From: Macrostomum lignano
Lineage: Eukaryota
Reading direction: 5' to 3'
Length of the DNA: 26,770 bases
Assembly (NCBI GenBank): GCA_002269645.1
Contig: NIVC01001682.1
Span: 1-26,770 of the forward strand
Within the stretch, counting starts at the first letter, position 1. Each line of letters begins with the position of its first letter. The notes under the pieces were generated by a model, which worked only from the letters and a program-made list of their open reading frames with translations, searched no databases and was not told where the DNA came from. Below, piece by piece: positions 1 through 9,317 of the stretch. The translations under genes were made by a program, and so were the position numbers.

Positions 1-368
<368 letters not shown>

Positions 369-704
369 GTATTTAGTACAGCAAAAAAACTCCTGTCTTA
401 AGTATCCATAAGCCTTTAAAAGGCATACTGCACCAATGTATACGAGTGTAATTGTAACTTCGATTTCTAAGAGCAAAAGAGACCTTCTGAGTGCTGAAAA
501 AAGCCACGAGTCATTTCATTAAATGGACTTCGAAGCCGCCATTCTTCTTTTGATGCTATTTTTGCAAGCTCACTTACCAAGCTGGGTGAGCCAGGCTTCC
601 GCAAGAGCACTACGCTCGTAGCAACTCAGGCCCTGAAATAAGAAGTTCGTCTTGCCTGCCCTCCCATCGAACTGACTTACTCGTAGCCCTGCCCTTCCCT
701 GGTA

Positions 705-1183
705 TTCACTCCTGACCTAACTCATGAGAATCACTCCTGATCCTAGCCATGAGAATCACTCCTGACCCAACTCATGAGAATCACTCCTGACCCAACTCAT
801 AAGAATCACTCCTGATCCTAACCATGAGAATCACTCCTAATACTAGCCTTGAGAATCACTCCTGACCCAACTCATAGAATCACTCCTGATCCTAGCCATG
901 AGAATCACTCCTGACCCAACTCATGAGAATCACTCCTGATCCTAGCCATGAGAATCACTCCTGACCCAACTCATGAGAATCACTCCTGATCCTAGCCATG
1001 AGAATCGCTCCTAGCCATGAGAATCGCTCCTAGCCATGAGAATCGCTCCTAGCCATGAGAATCGCTCCTAGCCATGAGAATCGCTCCTAGCCATGAGAAT
1101 CGCTCCTAGCCATGAGAATCGCTCCTAGCCATGAGAATCGCTCCTAGCCATGAGAATCAATCCTGACCCTAGCATGAGAATCA
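705..1183. repeat. Compound minisatellite: 25-bp units followed by 19-bp units
   Basis: 25-mers CATGAGAATCACTCCTGA(CCCAACT/TCCTAGC) to about 1000, then exact 19-mers CATGAGAATCGCTCCTAGC to about 1158. Confidence 0.97.
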
Positions 1184-2169
1184 CATTCGATTCACTCTTG
1201 ACACGCCTTGAAGAAGGCCATGGGGATGGCAATCTGCCTGATCACACTTATGAGACTTAGTAAGCAATAATTTAAAGCAAGTATTTTGCTATGGATTGTA
1301 TTCGGTGTTCGAGCAAAGCAGCTTTTCTTCTGAATAGATAAGTATAAATCTGGCGCACTGGAGTAATCTAATGAAGTTTTGCGCCTATTCGATGGCTGCA
1401 CAAAAGTGAATTCGAGATTCCAGCGGCTTAAATGCACGGCTGCTGTTGTGCTCGGGACTTGTCTCGTCAATTCCAAGATTGGGAAACTGTGGGACTTTGA
1501 ATTTAGCAGCTCAGCTTCCCCCCTTCTCCCATTTCCCCAATCCATCTTTCCTTCTCTTTACCCACAACTCATTCCCTTACTCCCCTCCTCTTCTTCTCCA
1601 ATATCCTTTGCAAGTGAAGTCAAAGTAAATCGAGTTTTTTTTTCAGAGCAACTTCAGAAGAAGCAATGCAAAATGTCTTGATTTTCCCTTGCATGATTTT
1701 GAATTTAGGAAATTAAAAACTTCTCCATCAATCGGGATTAATATGATGGGGATATGCCTTTGATCTCCGCTCCCTCCTGCTCAATTTCACATCCTGTCTG
1801 GGCTATAACAAGAATTCGCTTTTTTCCCCAACTATCAGCAGACAACTTGTAGATTCATTCCTGCACTCTTGAATACCCTTATAAAGGGTGAACGAAGCGC
1901 GGCCATGGAGCTTTATATGTACCAAGGAGTTCTAGAGCAAAACTATCTGGAATGGAAACGGACTGGCTAAATTAAGCTTATTTATCAATTTTTCACCTGT
2001 ATGTTAAGAACTGCTGTCTATAAGCTCATTGAGAAAAATTGAGTTTGCCAATTGTTGTGACTGAATCAGCTGAGTGACCCACACGGATAAATCATAATTT
2101 CTAACTTACGTATTAAATATGACTCATGACGCAATGAATCAATACAGCTCGTAGGGACTTTTTAGTTTA

Positions 2170-2466
2170 GTTAGAGGCAGGGGCTGCGTGCTCCACAGAT
2201 TCTATATTACCTAGATGGGCCACTCCGGCGCGAAAACCCCGGGGTTTTGACCATAGACCATAGCTTTTGCTGCTCTCAAGACATTACGCTCGTAGCAGCA
2301 GCAGCTAGTGTCTGTGGCCCTAACCCTGAGGTTTTCGGGGCCTCAGAGGCGGCCGCTAAATGAGCAATGCTGGAGTGCCGCTTCTAGGTAAAATAGTATC
2401 TGTGGTGTACACCCTGCTGCACTTTAAGCGAAACTTTAAGTACACAGGGGTGTACAGCGGCCCTAA
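2170..2466. mobile_element. MITE-like element with imperfect inverted repeats of about 40 bp
   Basis: CTCCACAGATTCTATATTACCTAGATGGGCCACTCC (2191-2226) is the imperfect reverse complement of GGAGTGCCGCTTCTAGGTAAAATAGTATCTGTGGTG (2372-2407). No ORF and no clear TSD. Confidence 0.6.
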
Positions 2467-2582
2467 CTTCATTTATCGTTAGGTTTGTCGTTTATCGTCA
2501 CTGTGCCTTGGGGGTTGGCCCTCAAGGTTGTTAATTGCACGAGCAGAGCCAAGCCGAGATTCTAACTCAGGCCCAAATTAAT

Positions 2583-2656
2583 GAGACTGCACTTGGAATC
2601 GAGCCTGGGCCGCTGGCACATCAGAGCGCCGCGCCAGACCACTGGGCTACGGCCCC
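2583..2656 (-). mobile_element. tRNA-derived SINE head or tRNA pseudogene (74 nt)
   Basis: Minus strand GGGGCCG-TAGCCCAGTGG...GGCTCGATTCC. A box at positions 8-18 and B box at 52-62 (T54C) match canonical tRNA numbering. The acceptor stem is partly paired, the anticodon loop is only 6 nt and the T stem is mismatched, so it is not a functional tRNA. Confidence 0.7.
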
Positions 2657-3160
2657 TTGTCCGTCGCGGCTTACAGAGCTGTGAAAGTTTTTTTAATTAA
2701 AAAATCCTGCTTTTATTTTTATTTCACACTAAGAAACTAACTTCAATTTTCAAAAGCAATAAAAGTTTCACTTCACCAAGCTAATAATTTGGCTAGCTTT
2801 GCCATATTGCGCAGGAAAAAACCAAAGAACATATTCAAGCGAGCTTGCATCAATGTAACCGAGTTCTATGAATTAAACTACCGTTTATTCCTGCTTAATC
2901 TTCTCATATTTACAGTAACTTTAATAAAATTCTATTTTGAACCATCAGTACCGAGTCTTAGTGATTTTCTACACGTACTCTAAATAGAAAAAAAATTGAA
3001 TTTCCAATTTATTTTTTACTCCTATTAATAATTGAAGCTTAACTATGTGGAGCAACTAACTAGCATCGATATGGAATTCACTGCAGCATTTTCGACGTTT
3101 TCTAAGAAGCAAACAATACATAATGGATATTACGAACAGACTTGTACAGCAAAGCATTGA

Positions 3161-3480
3161 AGGAGTGGGGTGGGCTACAGACACTGAGCGATAAGTTAAG
3201 TGAGCTAGCCAATGAGAGCTGCGGGAGTGGGGTGGGCTACAGACACGGCGATAAGTCAAGCGAGCTAGCCAATGAGAACTTTGGGAGTGGTGTGGGCCAC
3301 AGACACGGCGATAAGTCAAGCGAGCTAGCCAATGAGAACTTTGGGAGTGGGGTGGGCTACAGACACGGCGATAAGTCAAGCGAGCTAGCCAATGAGAACT
3401 TTGGGAGTGGGGTGGGCTACAGACACGGCGATAAGTCAAGCGAGCTAGCCAATGAGAACTGTAGGAGTGGTGTGGGCATC
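3161..3480. repeat. 60-bp tandem repeat, about 5.3 copies
   Basis: Unit AGACACGGCGATAAGTCAAGCGAGCTAGCCAATGAGAACTTTGGGAGTGGGGTGGGCTAC; consecutive 60-nt lines align almost exactly. Confidence 0.98.
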
Positions 3481-4041
3481 ACACAGTGAAAGAAAATACA
3501 TGCAAGCCAACCAATCAGCACTGAGGGAGCTAGAATCGTTTAAAGCAGGTTTTAATATCGATAGCTTAGTTTTTCAAAACAAAAAGGAATATCAACTGTA
3601 CCAAGAATTGTTATACACTCGTTACAGTAAGTCGTTACAGGATGTTACAGGAAATAAACAGCGTAATGAATAACAGGAATTCTTCAGACATTCGTAGACA
3701 CAACACTAAAATCGGGACACAAATATTGGCTAACGCAGAAAAAAATCTTTTTTTTGTTTTGTCGTTTCGATTTAACTAACTCAATTAACCAAACAGCAAG
3801 AGGTGCAAAGAGACAAAGTAAAATTTAGAAATAATCGTTCAAAATGGATCTGTGAGCATCTGTGGATGGGATGGCCCCAGACTATAATGCGCTAAGTCAG
3901 CCAGACATTAGCTTGGCTCTCTAAAAAGCAGCTATGAACTACAACGAAAGTTTATTATCGATAACCAAATGACAACTAAAAAAAGAAACACATTAAAACA
4001 CTCGATTACAGTTATGCAAAGACCAAGAGTCATACAAAACA

Positions 4042-4529
4042 GGGGGGGGGTTTCACAAACTCGAAATTTCACAACGTCGAAAGCACATTCTTTCACAAGA
4101 TCGAAATTTCACAAGGTCGAAATTTCATAACATCGAAAACTCAAATAGCAACCACTTTCACAAGGTTGAAACTTCACAAGGTCGAAACTTCACAAGGTCG
4201 AAATTTCACAACATCGAAAACTTTAGCAAGGGACTTCATAAGGTCGAAACTTCACAAGGTCGAAATTTCATAACATCGAAAACTCAAATAGCAGCCATTT
4301 TCACAAGGTCGAAATTTCACAACGTAAAAAACTACTGCATAGTTCTTGTTATATTAAATTTTCGACGTTGTAAAATTTCGAGCTTATGAAGCTTCGACCT
4401 TGTGAAAGTGGCTGCTATTTGATGTTGTGAAATTTCGACCTTGCAAAGTTTCGACCTTGTGAAAGTGGCTGTTATTTGAGTTTTCTACGTTGTGAAATTT
4501 CGACCTTATGAAGTCTCTTGCCATAGTTT
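4042..4529. mobile_element. Foldback-like element with modular inverted arms and a candidate 10-bp TSD
   Basis: The left arm (about 4050-4325) is built of TTTCACAAGGTCGAAA modules and the right arm (about 4356-4529) of their reverse complement. ATACAAAACA occurs at 4032-4041 and 4530-4539. Confidence 0.7.
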
Positions 4530-4699
4530 ATACAAAACATGCGCCACGGATACGAAAAAGTATTTTTATTGCCAGAAAACCAAAAGGAAACAAAAGTGAA
4601 GCTCGAAATTAGCGCAATCGCAGACAAACATGGCCCTCACGAATCTCATTCTTTATTCTAGCGCATCAAATCGAAACAGTCTTTATTTAGCAGCAATAA

Positions 4700-5125
4700 A
4701 CATAATCAATCTTGGACGCTCCTCCCGGGGACACTTTGCCATAGACATAATCAATCTTGCACGCTCCTCCCGGGGACACTTTGCCATAGACATAATCAAT
4801 CCTGGACGCTCCTCTCCTCCCGGGGCACTTTGCCATAGACATAATCAATCCTGGACGCTCCTCCCGGGGACACTTTGCCATAGACATAATCAATCTTGCA
4901 CGCTCCTCCCGGGGACACTTTGCCATAGACATAATCAATCTTGCACGCTCCTCCCGGGGACACTTTGCCATAGACATAATCAATCTTGCACGCTCCTCCC
5001 GGGGACACTTTGCCATAGACATAATCAATCTTGCACGCTCCTCCCGGGAACACTTTGCCATAGACATAATCAATCCTGGACGCTCCTCTCCTCCCGGGGC
5101 ACTTTGCCATAGACATAATCAATCC
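4700..5125. repeat. 45-bp minisatellite, about 9.4 copies (two 48-bp variants)
   Basis: Unit ACATAATCAATCTTGCACGCTCCTCCCGGGGACACTTTGCCATAG. It accounts for the repetitive ORFs 4630-5112, 4687-5073 and 4796-5209. Confidence 0.98.
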
Positions 5126-5196
5126 CAAAGATTGATTATCACTTAAAACGAAGTTTCGCGTCCATCTACTTAAGTCGTCCTTGGTCCATGCCGGCT

Positions 5197-6339
5197 TCAG
5201 CCGCACCAACAGGCGGCCCGAAAGCGGCGAGCAAATTCACGTCGGAATTTCTTAGCCACCAGGCAGTAGAGAAAGAAATTAGCAGAATGATTGGCGTACA
5301 TCAGCAGCTCTGTACAGGCCAGGCCGAGCTGGTAGCGAGCATAGAACACAGTGTCGTTGTTCGTCTCGAAGTTGATCACGGACGACAGGGAGCTGAGCAC
5401 CTTTAGCACAGTGATGGGCAGCGAGGTGAAGATGAAGAAGAACGACACCAGCAAGAGCATCAGCGTCACCTGGTTGACGCTCCGGCCGAGACCAGACGAC
5501 TGGTAGCTGAACAGTGGGCGCCGATTAGCGTTGGTGATTGAGTTCAGCGAGCGCTGCGGCCTCTCGGACGCTGCCAGCACGCAGGTGGAGCCGCCAGCAG
5601 TCTGCGTGTCGGCTGCCGCCACCGGCCGGAGCCGCACCGACTCGCTGGCGGCGTTCAACTGGCCGGAGTAGAGCTTCTTGGAGATGTACAGCTTGCGGAT
5701 GATGAGGATATTGCACACCACCAGAATGGAGATGGGAATCAGGGAGTAGAGGGAAAAATCCAGCCAGGCGAGCGGCTGCTTCAACGAGGCGAATCTCGGG
5801 CGCAGGTCGCAGATTCGATGGGTCCGGTTCGACCCCGGCCGCCAGTGAAAGTCGTAGACGTCCAGCACGAAGAACCAGTGGGCGTTGAGCAGCAGGCAGA
5901 CAATCAGGAGGGCGCCGATGATGCGACGGGTGCGCTCAACCGCCGTGTTGGGCGTCGGCAGCTGGGACAGCAGGACGAACACCCGTTCGAGAGTTACGGC
6001 CGCGATGAGAAACACGCTGAAGTAGGTGGCCATGGTGGACAGGAAGTTGCCGCCGATGCACAGCTCCACGCTGATGAGGGAGCAATCGTAGCCAAGCAGG
6101 CAGGAGATCCAGGACTTGAACAGGCCAGACAACAGGGTCACCTGGTCCGCTATGCTCAGCACTAACAGGTAATTGTGCGTGCCATTTCTTTTCACGTGGT
6201 TCTTCAGTATCCAGACAGACAGGCAGTTGGCAACGGACCCGACCAGGAGGAGCAGCGGACTGCCGGCCCAGCAGAGCCACTTGGCTGCCCGGAATTCCCA
6301 GTGCCGAGTGTAGAGCAGCAGGTCCTGATCGGATTGCAT
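5197..6339 (-). CDS. Class A (rhodopsin-like) GPCR, FMRFamide/neuropeptide-receptor-like orphan, 380 aa, uninterrupted CDS
   Basis: Seven hydrophobic segments: TM1 VGSVANCLSV, TM2 LSIAD, TM3 Cys and TLERV, TM4 LLNAHWFF, ECL2 Cys (HRIC), TM5 YSLIP...N, TM6 FFFIFTSLP, TM7 NHSANFFLY, helix 8 KKFRREF. First ATG at 6339; the ORF-track start at 6393 is a GTG upstream of a splice acceptor at 6386-6385. Confidence 0.93.
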   Translation of the reverse strand: MQSDQDLLLYTRHWEFRAAKWLCWAGSPLLLLVGSVANCLSVWILKNHVKRNGTHNYLLVLSIADQVTLLSGLFKSWISCLLGYDCSLISVELCIGGNFLSTMATYFSVFLIAAVTLERVFVLLSQLPTPNTAVERTRRIIGALLIVCLLLNAHWFFVLDVYDFHWRPGSNRTHRICDLRPRFASLKQPLAWLDFSLYSLIPISILVVCNILIIRKLYISKKLYSGQLNAASESVRLRPVAAADTQTAGGSTCVLAASERPQRSLNSITNANRRPLFSYQSSGLGRSVNQVTLMLLLVSFFFIFTSLPITVLKVLSSLSSVINFETNNDTVFYARYQLGLACTELLMYANHSANFFLYCLVAKKFRREFARRFRAACWCG

Positions 6340-7588
6340 GGCTGGGAGCGGAGGGCAGGTGGTGCGAACTCTAATACCAGCTACCTGAGACACAAGGTGT
6401 CATTTGGCAATTTCATAACGTAAAGATTTTCAGCCCCCCCCCCAGCTCTGTTTACGTGTAGAGCAAGACTTACATGTACGGAGTGAGAGGTATCAACCCA
6501 AGAAATCACTCTATTGAGAAATATCACCCAAGAGATTGCCTTCCCCTGGGAGATACCACTAAAGACATGCGTGATACGATGAGCTAGGAGATCGACATTA
6601 TGCTAAAATAAATTGTTTCTTTGATATTGCAAAGCCGCGATTAGCATACTAATTAAACTATTCAGCAGAAGACGCTGATGCAATTAAAACAACTTTACAA
6701 GAGAATATTGTACGAATCTATATATACGAGCGTACTCAGTAAGCATTAATAGAAACTTACTTGAGCCAAGCTTTTTTGACAACAAATGTCAAGCGGTAGA
6801 GTGAGGAGGATCCTTGGGATTCTTGGCTGCTTGACCGAGGAATAGTAAGCGATAAGAATTTGAGGGGAGGAGTGAGCAGTTTTATCTACTAACTCAACGA
6901 CTTGCAAAGCTTATCCTGATATTTGAGCAGCCAATGACAGTCAGTCAGTCAGTCAGCAGTTCATAGATGTCCTAAACTATAAATCTGGACAATAAGCAAA
7001 GCTCTGACAGTCATTTTTATTCAAACTTCACGGACTAAAACCGCGATAGTTAATCAGCATCCAGTTAAACAGCTTTGCAACACAGAAACTTACATTGAGG
7101 ATCCGTAGCACTTTATTGTCATGGAATTCTTATTTAAAATAATTAATATTATTATATATATATTGCTTTTCTCAGCCAAGTTCAGCCAACAAGTTGTGAA
7201 TTCCCAGTTGGCAGCAGTACAGTAGATTTGGTAGTAGACTTCCATGCAGTAAAGATCAGAATTACCTGCTTGATTTCCCTCTCCGTCTGTGTCTATGGAC
7301 AAGACCAAATCTACTGTTGCCAAATGGCTCGATCAACTTGATTTGCTCAAAACCTCTTCAAGACGGTGGAAATATTCGCCACTCTCCGTTTCAGTTGGAT
7401 GAGTCAAATTCGGGCTATAGACACAAATTTCTGCTCAACCCCTGTATCCCCATTCCAGTCGGAAGGATCATAGAGGGAAAGATTTTGTACGAGCTACATA
7501 CACGTATGCCTGTGTCCTCTGAGTTTCTGTCACAGACAGTAAAGTGCTTTATTTTAATCCGCAACTTACCAAAAGTTTTTCAAAAGTC

Positions 7589-8610
7589 ATGGCTTCGAGA
7601 ACAGCTCCACCTAGACAGGCTTTATTGGCTGAAATCAACAACAGCGCTGACTTGGACTCCGAGGATGAGGTCAATTTGGAATCTGCCGGATCAAGCCGAT
7701 GAAAATGAGTCTTTTTTCGTCAAAAAGTTCTTGACAGGTAACATTTTTCAGCGTCTTTCGGACTGGAAAAATGCGAGAGCCTGGAAGGAGTTCATGAATG
7801 TACAGGAAAGAGCCGGATGTGCCACCCAGGCTAGTTCAGTGGAAGGACTGTAGACCAAATGAGATTTGTGGCCATTGTAGTCTACTTGGGACTAAACAAG
7901 AAGCCTGAATCGAACAGTTACTGGTCGAAAGATTTGTTCTATCACATCTCATACCTAAGCCAGTCTTTCTGCCTTACTCGCAATCGGTTTAAGAGTATCA
8001 TGGGCTTCATATGCAATTATACGACTGCAATGCGAGGTTTGCGAGGAACAGCAATGCTTAAAGGCGTGCAAGTTTGTCGACAAAAAAGCAGAGCGGAACA
8101 AAGATTGTCTACGTGATTGACACTCAGGGCGAGGCAGGCAAGCTGTGTCAACGTTACTCGAATTCGCCGAGGCGACGTGGAAGAAGTAATCCAAAAGCCG
8201 GTTTGCATCGCCAACTATTCATCTTTTATGGGCGGCGTAGATTGACTAGACAGTGGACTCCAGCCGTATACCATCCGAACAGAAAGACGCAAAAATGGTT
8301 TCAGAAGCTCGGTTTTCATGTCATCCTTCTTCTGGTAGGCAATGCTTGCATCGTTTACCAGAATGCTGAAGGAACAAAGAGCTTCCTCAGCTTCTTAGAA
8401 GTTGCGATCAAGGATTTGACTGAACAGTCTGGGCCAGGCAGACGGTGCGTTTTGGATCGAGTCGGCCGGGCACAATCCAAGCAAGTCAGGCCAGGTTGTT
8501 GGGCAAAATCGACCGAGTGTCAAAAAAGACAGGGTACGTCTGCTCGCAGTGTCCAGGCACCCCGTCCCTGTGTCTTGTGAACTCCTTTGGCACGTGGCAC
8601 AGTAAAAAAT
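7589..8610 (+). mobile_element. Degenerate, internally deleted piggyBac-family (PGBD4-like) transposase
   Basis: Fragments in shifting frames: acidic N-terminus MASRTAPPRQALLAEINNSADLDSEDE; FVAIVVYLGLNKKPESNSYWS...RNRFKSIMGFI; KPVCIANYSSFMGGVD* (8228-8245); RKTQKWFQKLGFH...NACIVY; Cys-rich tail KKTGYVCSQCPGTPSLCL...WH. Multiple frameshifts and stops; termini not found. Confidence 0.88.
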
Positions 8611-8699
8611 CAAAGAACCATTGCCATCTTCTAAAATGTTGCTTTAGAAATTCGAATAAGCGAATGACAAATAGTGTGAAAGTAGAGTTTCAAACTCTA

Positions 8700-8780
8700 C
8701 TACTAGTTTACTAGAGTTAGTTACTCTAGTTTACTAGAGTAAACTAGTTAATAGTTTACTCTATTATTAGAGTAAACTAC
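8700..8780. repeat. AT-rich tandem hairpins
   Basis: CTAGTTTACT-ag-AGTAAACTAG (8726-8747) and TAGTTTACTCT-attatt-AGAGTAAACTA (8752-8779). Confidence 0.8.
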
Positions 8781-8879
8781 TTCAAATCCTTTAGAGCTAC
8801 TTCACATATTATTTTATATTCCAATATACAAATATCTTTGCAAAGTTTGTTTGCTTTACTTCTATTATTGGTCGAGTTC

Positions 8880-9317
8880 GACCCAGAGCCGACTGGAGCG
8901 GTAGGAAGGGACATTCATGTGCTGGTCATGCATGTAACTATTTTGAACTGCCCTGCTTGGACTCAACCGCAGGGACAATAGGGCGGTGACCATGGCCCTC
9001 TCGGGTCATGGCTGCTTTGCCAGGCATCGCTACCTCCAGGGAAAAATCCGCAGTGAGGAATGCCCTTTCTGCCTCTCCGGTGTCGAGAATGCGGAGCACT
9101 TCATCTGTGAATGCCCGCCTTTACTCAGGACAGGCTCACCTACCTCGGCCCAAACCCGGACCTCTCCGACGTTTTCAGGCCCGAGAATCTCTGCCAGCTC
9201 GTCCGCTACCCAAGGGCTACCGGGCGAGCGACAATCCACCTCCTGGACTCTCCGGAGGGGGACCGCGCTGCGGACACCAGCGCCACCGGAACTCCCTGCG
9301 CGACACCGCAGCACTAG
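8880..9317 (+). mobile_element. 5'-truncated non-LTR retrotransposon (R1/LOA/I-group) ORF2 C-terminus, frameshifted
   Basis: LLGLNRRDNRAVTMALSGHGCFARH...[19 protein letters not shown](P) gives the TGH-type motif plus a CX2CX8HX4C zinc knuckle. After a frameshift near 9117 it continues [12 protein letters not shown] to a stop at 9317. The 3' UTR probably extends further. Confidence 0.85.

Noticed and set aside
578-632. Possible 55-nt minus-strand micro-exon (ttcag|GGC...TTG|gtaagt)
   Set aside because: Good splice signals but no partner exon or homology in the window.
1192-1681. ORFs 1192-1545 (-) and 1379-1681 (+)
   Set aside because: No recognisable domain and non-ATG or unsupported starts. 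They could be exons, but I cannot support that.
1853-1970. Possible plus-strand terminal exon (FIPALLNTLIKGE...WKRTG*)
   Set aside because: Only 39 codons with no identifiable upstream donor; compatible with chance.
3056-3489. ORFs 3056-3439 (-) and 3142-3489 (+) with repeated peptides
   Set aside because: By-products of a 60-bp tandem unit that is a multiple of three; no splice or homology support.
4630-5209. Three overlapping repetitive ORFs
   Set aside because: Generated by the 45-bp minisatellite.
5188-6423. Alternative-frame and antisense ORFs over the GPCR
   Set aside because: Shadows of a GC-rich coding sequence; the 7TM frame explains the region.
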